Assembly (NCBI RefSeq): GCF_001194135.2 | Contig: NC_068991.1 | Coordinates: forward strand, 40,036,749-40,076,462 | DNA length: 39,714 nucleotides | Direction of reading: 5' to 3' | Source: Octopus bimaculoides | Lineage: Eukaryota | In this document: positions 21,658 to 33,214 of the stretch, piece by piece | How the letters are laid out: each line of letters begins with the position of its first letter | Numbering within the stretch: the stretch's first letter is position 1 | Notes under the pieces: generated by a model | Told to the model about the DNA's origin: nothing | Databases searched by the model: none | What the model saw: only the letters and a program-made list of their open reading frames with translations | Program-made: the position numbers and the translations under genes

Positions 21658-21930
21658 AGAATACGAGCAGCTGCAATGAGGTTTCTCTGGAGAATCTCCG
21701 GAGTTAGATTTTTCGACAAGGAGCATAGATCAGAGTCAAGCCGCATTGAGAGTTCAGTGTTCCGGTACTACGGACATGTGATTAGACTATCGCAGGAAAG
21801 AATTGCAAAGCATATTCTTGAAACCGGGCTAATGTGTATGAGATTTAAGGGTAGGGCAAGATTGTTGCCCAGTGGTTCGGGCGATTGCGCTCACGATCGC
21901 GGCATTGTAATTATCAGATCGGCTGTGCGT
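21658..21930 (+). mobile_element. RTE-clade LINE, ORF C-terminal fragment
   Basis: RIRAAAMRFLWRISGVRFFDK...RIESSVFRYYGHVIRLSQERIAKHILETGLMCMRFKGRAR...AHDR resembles the RTE pattern MRFLRRIxG...LRWYGHVxRM..R.rGRP..AxDR. Confidence 0.8.
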
Positions 21931-22242
21931 TGTGTTCTTGTGCAAAACACTGCATTTCACGTTGGACCAATCCAGTCAGCTGTCAATGGTAAACCCTGCG
22001 ACTGACTGACGTTCAGTTTTTGGAGCAATGCTGGCTAATCAGCATAGCAAGCGTGGTGACATGATTCGAAAGTTCAAACGAAGCGAAACGCACTGTGACA
22101 AGCGGTGTATAACAATAGCCCAGAGTCTGATGGATGCCGTGATATAAAATTATTTAGTTATACGCACACACAGGCATACGCACAAGCATGCATGCATGTA
22201 TGTATATATATGTATTTATATACATGTGTATATATATATGTA

Positions 22243-22309
<67 letters not shown>

Positions 22310-23336
22310 NNNNNNNNNNNNNNNNNNNNNNNNNNNNNNNNNNNNNNNNNNNNNNNNNNNNNNNNNNNNNNNNNNNNNNNNNNNNNNNNNNNNNNNNNNN
22401 NNNNNNNNNNNNNNNNNNNNNNNNNNNNNNNNNNNNNNNNNNNNNNNNNNNNNNNNNNNNNNNNNNNNNNNNNNNNNNNNNNNNNNNNNNNNNNNNNNNN
22501 NNNNNNNNNNNNNNNNNNNNNNNNNNNNNNNNNNNNNNNNNNNNNNNNNNNNNNNNNNNNNNNNNNNNNNNNNNNNNNNNNNNNNNNNNNNNNNNNNNNN
22601 NNNNNNNNNNNNNNNNNNNNNNNNNNNNNNNNNNNNNNNNNNNNNNNNNNNNNNNNNNNNNNNNNNNNNNNNNNNNNNNNNNNNNNNNNNNNNNNNNNNN
22701 NNNATATATAAACATACATACATACATACATACATACGCATGCGCGTACGCACACACACATGGAAGAGAAGAAAAAGAAAACGAAAGAAAGAAAGAAAGA
22801 CAGAAAGAAAGAAAGAAAGAAAGAAAAAAGAGAGAGAGAGAGGGGGTAGGAAAATAGAGAGATATCGGGAATGAGAGAGTGTGAGGGAGAAAAGAGAGTG
22901 AGAGAGAAGAGAGAGACGCCCACGCGTGAAATGGATTTCCATTCCATTAGAAACGATACTGAAGTGATGCAGTCAAGGTAGGTCACAGACAAATACAGTA
23001 ACTCACAGAGACTCAGGTTAGGTTTGGAAAATATTTACACCGGAGTTGATATATCAATTAACAAAACCTTTTCTAAATATGAAACAATCCAAGATATTTT
23101 GGCGATGGGATGGGAATTATTGCGAAGACAACATCCTCTCGATCCCTAATTTTAATATTTCCTAACGAAGCTTGTTAATCAATCACTTAGTTGTTCGATA
23201 ATTCAGTGAATTGATTGATAAAATATGTCATCGTGTTGATATACAGAATGAAACAGCGTTAGCATTAGGAGAAAGCTAGCAACGACAACAGCGGAAGCAA
23301 GAAGAGGAAAAGCTATAGCAGCATAAAGGAAAGCAG

Positions 23337-23337
<1 letters not shown>

Positions 23338-23383
<46 letters not shown>

Positions 23384-23384
23384 A
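23338..23384. repeat. (AAC)n microsatellite
   Basis: Directly visible. Confidence 0.95.
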
Positions 23385-23668
23385 ATAAACTATGCAAAAA
23401 ATACAATCGAATAAAAACAATATTTCATTCGACACAAATAGAAACTGCTCGTAAGAAAAGCAAGAAAAGAATATGTATATGTTTATATATATATATGTGT
23501 GTGTGTGTATGTGTGTGTGTGTGTGTGTGCGCGTGTGTGTGTGTGTGTGTATAGATTCATACAAATCACTAATATAAAATTATGACGCCTTATATGTATG
23601 TGTATGATGTAATAAACGTGAGTGTATATATGTGTACATATATACATACATTTATACACACAGATATA

Positions 23669-23699
<31 letters not shown>

Positions 23700-24549
23700 N
23701 NNNNNNNNNNNNNNNNNNNNNNNNNNNNNNNNNNNNNNNNNNNNNNNNNNNNNNNNNNNNNNNNNNNNNNNNNNNNNNNNNNNNNNNNNNNNNNNNNNNN
23801 NNNNNNNNNNNNNNNNNNNNNNNNNNNNNNNNNNNNNNNNNNNNNNNNNNNNNNNNNNNNNNNNNNNNNNNNNNNNNNNNNNNNNNNNNNNNNNNNNNNN
23901 NNNNNNNNNNNNNNNNNNNNNNNNNNNNNNNNNNNNNNNNNNNNNNNNNNNNNNNNNNNNNNNNNNNNNNNNNNNNNNNNNNNNNNNNNNNNNNNNNNNN
24001 NNNNNNNNNNNNNNNNNNNNNNNNNNNNNNNNNNNNNNNNNNNNNNNNNNNNNNNNNNNNNNNNNNNNNNNNNNNNNNNNNNNNNNNNNNNNNNNNNNNN
24101 NNNNNNNNNNNNNNNNNNNNNNNNNNNNNNNNNNNNNNNNNNNNNNNNNNNNNNNNNNNNNNNNNNNNNNNNNNNNNNNNNNNNNNNNNNNNNNNNNNNN
24201 NNNNNNNNNNNNNNNNNNNNNNNNNNNNNNNNNNNNNNNNNNNNNNNNNNNNNNNNNNNNNNNNNNNNNNNNNNNNNNNNNNNNNNNNNNNNNNNNNNNN
24301 NNNNNNNNNNNNNNNNNNNNNNNNNNNNNNNNNNNNNNNNNNNNNNNNNNNNNNNNNNNNNNNNNNNNNNNNNNNNNNNNNNNNNNNNNNNNNNNNNNNN
24401 NNNNNNNNNNNNNNNNNNNNNNNNNNNNNNNNNNNNNNNNNNNNNNNNNNNNNNNNNNNNNNNNNNNNNNNNNNNNNNNNNNNNNNNNNNNNNNNNNNNN
24501 NNNNNNNNNNNNNNNNNNNNNNNNNNNNNNNNNNNNNNNNNNNNNNNNN

Positions 24550-24581
<32 letters not shown>

Positions 24582-24709
24582 ATGACAGAAATATGGTAAT
24601 ATACAAATACACAGAGATATAAATATATAAATGTAAGTATACCTGAGTATATATGTATGCTTACATGTATACATATTTATAAATACGTATACATGTTTGT
24701 ATGTGTATG

Positions 24710-24766
<57 letters not shown>

Positions 24767-24945
24767 CTGCGCGTGTTTGAAAGTTCGTGTGCTTGTATGA
24801 AATAATGTATGTGTGTAAGTATGCATTCCATATATTCATAATAGTATGTATGAAGATGCACATATATATTCAACTTCCTGCTAATGCACCACATACAGTC
24901 GCATGCCGGTGAAGATGTACATACATACATACATACATACATACA

Positions 24946-24977
<32 letters not shown>

Positions 24978-25104
24978 CTTGCTGTTGTAAAATATGATTA
25001 AGCTTAGTGACTGATTTGATTATTGTTAGATGTTGATAGCTAGGCGAATATTCTTAACTAGATTGCAGCAGATGTTCAAGGAAATACAGAACATAGAAAC
25101 CACA

Positions 25105-25151
<47 letters not shown>

Positions 25152-25610
25152 GCACACACACATACATACACATACGCAGATACAGGCTCACTTACACTCT
25201 CACACGCACGCAAATTTGCATATAGTTATGTGTGTGTATAACTATGTATCTATCAATGTATCTATTTGTTTGTCTATGTATATATGTATGTATATATGTA
25301 TGTATATGTACGTACGCACAGGCGTACGCATGCATGTATGTATGTACGTATGTATGTGTGTATGCATGTATGCATGCATATTTAAGTACACACAAACATA
25401 TATTTATATCTTAATATATATACATATGGTTGTGTACTTCGTCACTTTATAATAGTTGTGTAATATAAGTCTGAAATTGAATAAGTAAGATATATATATG
25501 AGTGAGTCTGTAAGTGTGTTAGAGTGTGTCTGTCCATTTTTTCCTTTGTATGTGTGAGCGAGAATGTGTGTGTTTACTTGGTTGCATATGTACCTACAAA
25601 GACACAAAGA

Positions 25611-25643
<33 letters not shown>

Positions 25644-25660
25644 TTATATATGCATAGAAC

Positions 25661-25730
25661 GGGCCTATTTTACTTCCCGTCTACCATATCCACTGAGAAG
25701 GCTTTAGTCAACCGGGTCTATAGTAGATAC
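25661..25730 (-). mobile_element. SINE family B fragment
   Basis: TTCCCGTCTACCATATCCACTGAGAAGGCTTTAGTCAACC..CTATAGTAGA. Confidence 0.7.
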
Positions 25731-26377
25731 ATACGAACACATACACAGACATACAAACACATACACACACATACAAATATGTGTTTGCATCTATGTGTAT
25801 ATGCATGGGGGTGTCTACACAAACATTTAGCTACATGGGGTGGAGTAGTACATTTGACGGGAGAACATATGGTACTCTTCGGAGTATTTCGCCCTCTTTG
25901 GGCCTCACCTGACATCCAGCTCTCACATGTGGTTTTTGAAAGCTGTCTGTATGCAACCGCAGCCACGCTCCGTGCAACGGCTTCTCCAGGCAGGCTAAAC
26001 GATGATGAGGATAGCTGACGTCTATCAAATTCTCGAGCTCTTTTCGCCCGGCGTGGTTCGGTGTCCTTTCGATCGGGGCTGCCCAGAGCGAAGCGCAGAC
26101 GGCGCCGACGCCGACGCCTCAACAACGGGACAAGGAAGCAGTGGGCACGAACCTTCAGCGAGGAAGAGAGCGAACCAGCAAGCGTTGAGGAGCATGAACA
26201 AGACACTGTGAAACATGAAGGACACTGTGACCATCTACTGCATCCCGACCTATCACTAATCGTCTTGACTTAATGGAATTAGATAGAAAGGGACGAGAGA
26301 GTGAGGCAGGTGACACTGTGCAACCCCGATTACTTTAATCCATTTCACGCACATGTCAAGACATTACTCCATCCTAG

Positions 26378-26567
26378 ATGTGTATGTGTCTTTGTGTTTG
26401 TGTTCTGTTTGTCCCCCTTCACGACTCTGCAGTCCGTCAAAAGACAAATTTAATTGATACGATAAATACCAAGCTTAAATATAAGTACGGAGGTCAATCT
26501 GCTCGACGAAGCCCTTGAAGGCAGTTCTCAGCATGGCCCCAGTCCAATGACTGAGACAAGTAAAGAT
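26378..26567 (+). mobile_element. SINE family B, 3' half
   Basis: TTTGTCCCCC...GAGGTCAATCTGCTCGAC...CAGCATGGCCCCAGTCCAATGACTGAGACAAGTAAA. Confidence 0.7.
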
Positions 26568-26632
26568 ACATACATACATACATACATACATACATACATA
26601 CATACATACATACATACGTACGTATGTACGTA

Positions 26633-27060
26633 CAACGTGGGTGTGTGGTAAGGAGGTTATTTCCCATCCGTATGATTTCAGGTTCAGTCCAACTTCATGG
26701 CACCTTGAACAAGCGTCTTCTACTATAGCCAAGCGCCGACCAGAGTTTTTTAAGTGGATTTGGCAGAAGGAAACTGAAAGAAGCCCATAATATGTGTGTA
26801 TATATATAATATATATGTGCGTGTGTGTATATATATATATATATGTGCGTGTGTGTATGTCTGTGTGTGTATTTCTCCTTCCACCACCACATGACCATCG
26901 GTGTTGGTGTGTTTACGTCCCCGCAATTTGGTGGCTCAGCAAATGAGACGGACAGAATAAGTACTAGGCTTTAAAAAATAGGTCATGAGGTCGATTTGTC
27001 TCATTAAAACCCTCCAATGCGGTGCTCCAGCATGGCTGCAGTTAACTGACTCAAGCATGT
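26633..27060 (+). mobile_element. SINE family B, full length with internal microsatellite
   Basis: GTGTGTGGTAAG (A-box-like), GGTTCAGTCC (B-box-like), GGCACCTTGAACAAGCGTCTTCTACTATAGCC, GGAAACTGAAAGAAGCCC, tail GCGGTGCTCCAGCATGGCTGCAG. Confidence 0.88.
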
Positions 27061-27061
27061 G

Positions 27062-27094
<33 letters not shown>

Positions 27095-27098
<4 letters not shown>

Positions 27099-27237
27099 GG
27101 GAGAATTCACAAAAAAACAAAAGACGAAGACAGGTGGTGTAAAAAACAAACAGATGTATTAATATAACGCTCGGGAATTGAAAACGTCATTAACGTTTCG
27201 AGCCTACGCTCTTCCACAGAAAGGAACACAGAAAGAT
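27095..27237 (-). mobile_element. Probable Penelope-like pseudo-LTR-derived repeat with a hammerhead-like core
   Basis: Minus strand GAAGAGCGTAGGCTCGAAACGT. The segment ACATCTGTTTG...CCTGTCTTCGTCTTTTGTTTT is homologous to 20081-20125 on the plus strand. Confidence 0.55.
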
Positions 27238-27508
27238 ATATATATATATATGTATATATATATATNNNNNNNNNNNNNNNNNNNNNNNNNNNNNNNNNNN
27301 NNNNNNNNNNNNNNNNNNNNNNNNNNNNNNNNNNNNNNNNNNNNNNNNNNNNNNNNNNNNNNNNNNNNNNNNNNNNNNNNNNNNNNNNNNNNNNNNNNNN
27401 NNNNNNNNNNNNNNNNNNNNNNNNNNNNNNNNNNNNNNNNNNNNNNNNNNNNNNNNNNNNNNNNNNNNNNNNNNNNNNNNNNNNTATATATATATGTATG
27501 TATGTATG

Positions 27509-27540
<32 letters not shown>

Positions 27541-27541
<1 letters not shown>

Positions 27542-28240
27542 TCCCCGATGAAAAGAAATTTGGCATCGAACAAACAGTAAACCACCAGAATGACCGACTT
27601 TAGGATGTACCTGCCTCCGTCGAGGGTAGACTCGTAAATCGACCTCAAAATCTACAGCTAGTTATGGTTTGGGCGGCTGTGACAGCCTCTGGAAAGTCTC
27701 CCCTCGTTTTTGTGCCCTCTGGTGTTAAAGTTAATATCCAGCGATACATTAGCGACATTCTGGAAGCTGAACTGCTTTCATGGGCGAACGAGCACTTTCA
27801 AGGCGCACCTTGGAACCTCCAACAGGACTCGGCACCACAGTTCGAAACAGATACAGCACTGGATTCAGAAAAAATTCCGTCGTTCATAGGCAAAGATGTA
27901 TGGCCCTGAAAAAGCCCAGATCTAAGCCCGTTGGAGGTTTCTGTTTGGTTCATTTTGGAGACGAGGATCTTGAGCACTCCTCATGCTTCGATTGACGCTC
28001 TGAAGGCAAAAACTGCGCCAGGAATGTCTTCCATTCCGCAAGAACAGCTGCATGCCACGTGTGAAGCATTCACACTTAGACTTAAGGCTGTAATTCGAAA
28101 CAGAGGTGGTCATATTGAATAAATGTGGTAGTGTCATAATTATGTTTCCATTGCATTGCAACGTTAGGAACCGGAATATAACAGTATTTTTCTTTGGCAA
28201 AATTGAAAAGAGTTGGTTGCCTTTATTTTGGGACGCCCTC
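27541..28240 (+). mobile_element. Tc1/mariner superfamily, DD37D (maT)-type transposase, catalytic half plus 3' TIR
   Basis: FPDEKKFGIEQTVNHQNDRL*...VMVWAAVTASGKSPLVFVPSGVKVN...QQDSAP...WP*KSPDLSPLEVSVW...RLKAVIRNRGGHIE* (stop 28120-28122). Ends TTATTTTGGGACGCCCTC followed by TA. Confidence 0.9.
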
Positions 28241-28285
28241 TATGTATGTATGTATGTATGTATTTATGTATTTATGTATGTATAT

Positions 28286-28403
28286 TGTTTTCTTTTCCGT
28301 TTGTTTTCCTGTCTTGTTTTTTTCTCCGCCACTACATTCCTCCTTTGTTTTCTTTCCCGTTTGTTTTCCTGTCTTGTTTTTGTCCGCCACTACATTCCTC
28401 CAT
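28286..28403. repeat. 59-bp tandem repeat, 2 copies
   Basis: TTGTTTTCTT(T/C)CCGTTTGTTTTCCTGTCTTGTTTTT..TCCGCCACTACATTCCTCC repeated head to tail. Confidence 0.9.
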
Positions 28404-28690
28404 GGCACAGGTTTAATTTGTGTATACAAATTTAATTTGCGGTCCATGGGAAGAGCCGTTTTAACGATGCGTCCTGCCCAACTCTTCGAAACGCCGGTGT
28501 TAAAATGGGGGTAGCTGATGAAGGAAAATGTTCTCTATGTGGCTTGTGTTTTTTCTGTACTCTGGTTATTATGATTTTCTTGTCCACGTTTTGTTTGCAA
28601 TGTCCTGTACCCAGATATGCACTTATATATACAGGTAGACGTAGGTATGCACATACCTGTACGTATATATGCATATACTCATTTATTATT

Positions 28691-28745
<55 letters not shown>

Positions 28746-29572
28746 AATACATACATACATACATACATAANNNNNNNNNNNNNNNNNNNNNNNNNNNNNN
28801 NNNNNNNNNNNNNNNNNNNNNNNNNNNNNNNNNNNNNNNNNNNNNNNNNNNNNNNNNNNNNNNNNNNNNNNNNNNNNNNNNNNNNNNNNNNNNNNNNNNN
28901 NNNNNNNNNNNNNNNNNNNNNNNNNNNNNNNNNNNNNNNNNNNNNNNNNNNNNNNNNNNNNNNNNNNNNNNNNNNNNNNNNNNNNNNNNNNNNNNNNNNN
29001 NNNNNNNNNNNNNNNNNNNNNNNNNNNNNNNNNNNNNNNNNNNNNNNNNNNNNNNNNNNNNNNNNNNNNNNNNNNNNNNNNNNNNNNNNNNNNNNNNNNN
29101 NNNNNNNNNNNNNNNNNNNNNNNNNNNNNNNNNNNNNNNNNNNNNNNNNNNNNNNNNNNNNNNNNNNNNNNNNNNNNNNNNNNNNNNNNNNNNNNNNNNN
29201 NNNNNNNNNNNNNNNNNNNNNNNNNNNNNNNNNNNNNCCCGTTTGTTTTCCTGTCTTGTTTTTGTCCGCCACTACATTCCTCCATGGCACAGGTTTAATT
29301 TGTGTATACAAATTTAATTTGCGGTCCATGGGAAGAGCCGTTTTAACGATGCGTCCTGCCCAACTCTTCGAAACGCCGGTGTTAAAATGGGGGTAGCTGA
29401 TGAAGGAAAATGTTCTCTATGTGGCTTGTGTTTTTTCTGTACTCTGGTTATTATGATTTTCTTGTCCACGTTTTGTTTGCAATGTCCTGTACCCAGATAT
29501 GCACTTATATATACAGGTAGACGTAGGTATGCACATACCTGTACGTATATATGCATATACTCATTTATTATT

Positions 29573-29627
<55 letters not shown>

Positions 29628-29652
29628 AATACATACATACATACATACATAA
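28356..29652. repeat. Exact 415-bp duplication across a gap (28356-28770 = 29238-29652), probably an assembly overlap
   Basis: Constant 882-bp offset, including the microsatellite lengths. The ORF track repeats at the same offset (28505/29387, 28617/29499). Confidence 0.9.
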
Positions 29653-29995
29653 GCATAACACACGAAACTCTCGGCCCTTAAGTCACTGTGTTGCTTCTGC
29701 TAAATATTAATAAAAAATATATATACGAACACCAATAGATAGAAGGATACATAATTACGCACACATAGATGCGTACATATCTATATATGTGTGTATATAT
29801 ATATGAGTGAACATGTATGTGTGTGTGTGTTTGTGTATGTATGTATGTATGTATGTATGTATGTGTGCGTGTGTGTGTATTTGTATTACTGTTTTAATAA
29901 AAGCGCATTCAAGTTGATTTTATAAAAGCCGTGACGATGAGTGTATAGGTGTTTATGCATATGTATGTGTGAATATATGTAAATATAATAATGTT

Positions 29996-30239
29996 GGCAC
30001 AATTACATTGGGGTTGGTTAAATAATAGAACTCTGTTGGAATTTCTGCTGCCTGTGCCAGAAATCTGACTTTTGATGCTGTTCATATAGTTGCAGCTAAC
30101 TTTCAAATTGTTCTTGTCAAATAGTTTGCCAATTGGAAAGAGCTTTTATATAAGAAAATTCTGGCGATGTTGATTCCACACCTAGTCTACAGAGGGGATT
30201 AAATCGGATGACGTTATGCGTCAGCACTTTTGTGTGCGC

Positions 30240-30317
<78 letters not shown>

Positions 30318-30445
30318 TTCTGCAAGATATTACAAGGAGGTGCATGTTGTATCTCTTTATGGAGTCCGTACTCTTTCAAGGCGTCATAATAAGATGCTGT
30401 TCGATCAAAACGGTTGACAGTTGGCATCATATTAGAAATACGGGG
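29996..30445 (-). mobile_element. Penelope-like element fragment (RT-to-GIY-YIG linker), interrupted by (GT)n at about 30243-30316
   Basis: RISNMMPTVNRFDRTASYYDALKEYG...HNVIRFNPL...INIARIFL...GKLFDKNNLKVSCNYMNSIKSQIS...QPQCNC matches the PLE pattern RIS..Y..ALK.SG..NVIWFNPPY..NI...FL..KIFNRNTVKVSYSCM..CNC. Confidence 0.8.
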
Positions 30446-30465
30446 CTAATATCATTCACTAGGTT

Positions 30466-30870
30466 GAGACGGCAACCTGGCAGACTCGTTAGCACGTCGG
30501 GAAAATTTCTTAGCGTTATTTCGCCCGTTTTTACGTTCTGAGTTCAAATTCTGCCATGGTCGACTTTCCTTTCATCTTTTCGGGGTCGATAAAATAAGTA
30601 CCAGACAAACACTGGGCTCAATGTAATCAACATATTCCAGCACCAAAATTCCTGGCCTTGTGCTAAAATTTGAAACCAATACTATTCACTAGATTAAGGC
30701 AGCAAGCTGGCAGAATCATTAACACGCCGGGCAAATTGAGCCGAGGTTGACTTTGCCTTTCATACTTTCAGTATTGATAAAATATGTACCCGTCGAGCAC
30801 TGGGTCGATTTAATCGTCTCCCTCCCCCGAAATTCCTGGCCTTGTACCAAAATTTCAAACCAATATTATT
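30466..30870 (+). mobile_element. Two head-to-tail SINE family A copies (30466-30686 full; 30696-30870 lacking the B-box segment)
   Basis: Both have head, GACTTT.CCTTTCAT core and AAATTCCTGGCCTTGT tail. Separated and flanked by AATA(TC/CT/TT)ATTCACTAG(G/A)TT. Confidence 0.9.
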
Positions 30871-30949
30871 CACTAGATTATTCAAGGCCACGTAGGGAGG
30901 ACCAGAAAACTTAATATAAATCGTTTCCTTATTCTAATTATAGTAAGGC

Positions 30950-31155
30950 GAAGCTGAACCCTCTTGTCACGATGCCTCGAAAATAAAGTATAGTATATTC
31001 CATCGAATAATACCACCTGCAACCACAGAAATGCGGATATAACTCAACAGCTGGTTTAATCCTCCATACAGCCTGGGTGTGACACCAAATATGGCCAAGA
31101 ACATTGTTGAATTTGGTAGAGATGTTCCACCCGATTGGTAACAAGTACCACAAAC
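30950..31155 (+). mobile_element. Penelope-like element fragment, opposite orientation to 29996-30445
   Basis: WFNPPYSLGVTPNMAK (from 31052), then after a frameshift LLNLVEMFHPIGNKYHK. Ends at a (CATA)n run. Confidence 0.75.
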
Positions 31156-31221
31156 CATACATACATACATTCGCATACATATGTACATATCAAAACTATA
31201 CATACACCTATATGTGTATAC

Positions 31222-31266
<45 letters not shown>

Positions 31267-32499
31267 AAATGTATTCATACATACACATATACACACACAT
31301 TATATCATTGAAAGTAAACACTGTTAATTGAGTGTATAAAACAACAGAAAACCATCCGAGTGGGGGTTGATGTTTCATATCCTACCGTCGACATCGAACT
31401 GCTAATAGGCCAACGTTAATTATATATTGTGTACGGTCTCTGTAGGTAGCAGCACTGTAAAATATACGAGCGCTTCTGTTTATCAGCTCGAGAGTCGTTG
31501 AAAGCTTCCACCGTTGGTTAATTAATCGATCAACGGATGAATCGATTAAACATGCAAACCTCAATATGCTAATCTATTTGAAACGCGTGTAAACAAGATA
31601 AATCGCTGATAATACATTTTCATTCTTTATAATCCCAATGTGTGTGTGTGCCTGTGTGTCCGTGTGTGTCTGTATGTGTCTGTGTGTGTCTGTGTGTGCA
31701 TATGTATGTATGTATGTATGTGTGTATGTATGTATGTATATGCAAAAATTTTCCGATTGATGCCGACTCCGCTGCTACTTATAATGTCTAGTGAGAAACG
31801 GAATAGATAGCATCAGCCGAATACATTCTATAACTCTACTCTCCTCCTCCTCCTCCTCCTATTCATTCAGATCACTATGTGTGTGTTTATACGTGTTAGA
31901 GAGTGTGTATGTATATATTTGTGAATGGTAATGAATACTTTTGTTCGTCTGTGTATACGAGCGGGAGAGAATATGGAGGGAGTACAGCTTTATGACCGAC
32001 CTAAAGATTCTTTTTTAACAAGTAATTGAATTGAGTTTGACAATAACTAATAAGGAAAATGAGCTGGCTAATTAGACATGTTCACTACTTAAACCAATTT
32101 GCACTGATTATCTTTAAAATCTCATTTGTAAAGAATAAAGTCTATATTTTTCAGATCACGAGGTTATTAGTTTAACACTTGAAACACATACATACAAATA
32201 CACAAACACATACATACAAACACACAAATATATACATACAAAAACATACATACAAACACACAGACATACTATCACACAAACATGCAACTCATAATATATA
32301 GCCTTTTCTGTTTTGTATTTTTGTTTTCGTTTGTTTTTTCCAAATGAAAATCATATTTTCTTTCTATATCAGGTCAAAACATTGATTTGAATGTAATTGC
32401 TTTACGTAAAGTGAATGTTCTAACTCTGTGTTTCTCATAAGAAGCAGATGGGGACTGTGAAGATTCAAAACTTCGTTGCGGACACATTGCCATGTACAA

Positions 32500-33214
32500 T
32501 TCTTTCTACAATAGGCTCAAAATTTGAAATTTTTAAAGGATTGAACTAGTGCTCAACTGGTATCTGGTGTTATCGTCCCTGAAAGGATGAAAGTCGACCA
32601 CGGCGGCATTTGAGCTCCGAATGTAAAACCGAAAGAAATACCGTTCAGCCTTTTGTCTGGTGCGGCAAAGAGTCTGCCAGCTCACCATCTTGCTAGCATG
32701 TGTTATATTAACCTTTCTACTATACACATAAGGCTTGAAATTTTGGGACAGGGGAGAAGTCGATCACATCGACCTCAGTGCTGAAATGGTGCTTATTTTG
32801 TCAACCCTGCAAGGCAAACTTGATGATAAAGCCTGAAGAAATGGCGCTGAGTATCTTGTTCAGTGTGCTAACGATTCTGCCAGCTTGCTGCCTTATTACC
32901 ATGCATAATAAAATTGGTTTCAAATTTTGGTACAAGGCCAGCAATTTTGGGTGCGTCGACCCCCCAATGCTCAACTGATACTTATTTTATCGACTCCGGA
33001 AGGATGAAAGGCAAAGTCGACCTCGGTGAAATCAGAACTTAGAATGTAAAGACGGACGAAATGCCGCTAATCCTTTTGTCCGGTTGGCTAACGATTCTAC
33101 TAGCTCGCTGTCTTAATAATGATGATAATCTTTTCTGCTACAAGCAGAATTGCCTGAAGAAATTCGCTGAGTAGTTTGTTTGTTGTGCTAACGCTTCTGC
33201 CAGCCTGCTACCTT
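32500..33214 (-). mobile_element. Four consecutive SINE family A copies (32500-32690, 32708-32894, 32912-33114, 33128-33214)
   Basis: Each ends in a reverse head (CTGCCAGCTCACC, CTGCCAGCTTGCTGCCTT, CTACTAGCTCGCTGTCTT, CTGCCAGCCTGCTACCTT). Confidence 0.88.

Noticed and set aside
22950-22976. 27-nt candidate microexon followed by GTAGGT
   Set aside because: Weak polypyrimidine tract; expected by chance in 40 kb.
32430-32500. DGDCEDSKLRCGH, resembling the start of a ShK-like domain
   Set aside because: Only two cysteines, no good donor, and it runs into a SINE.
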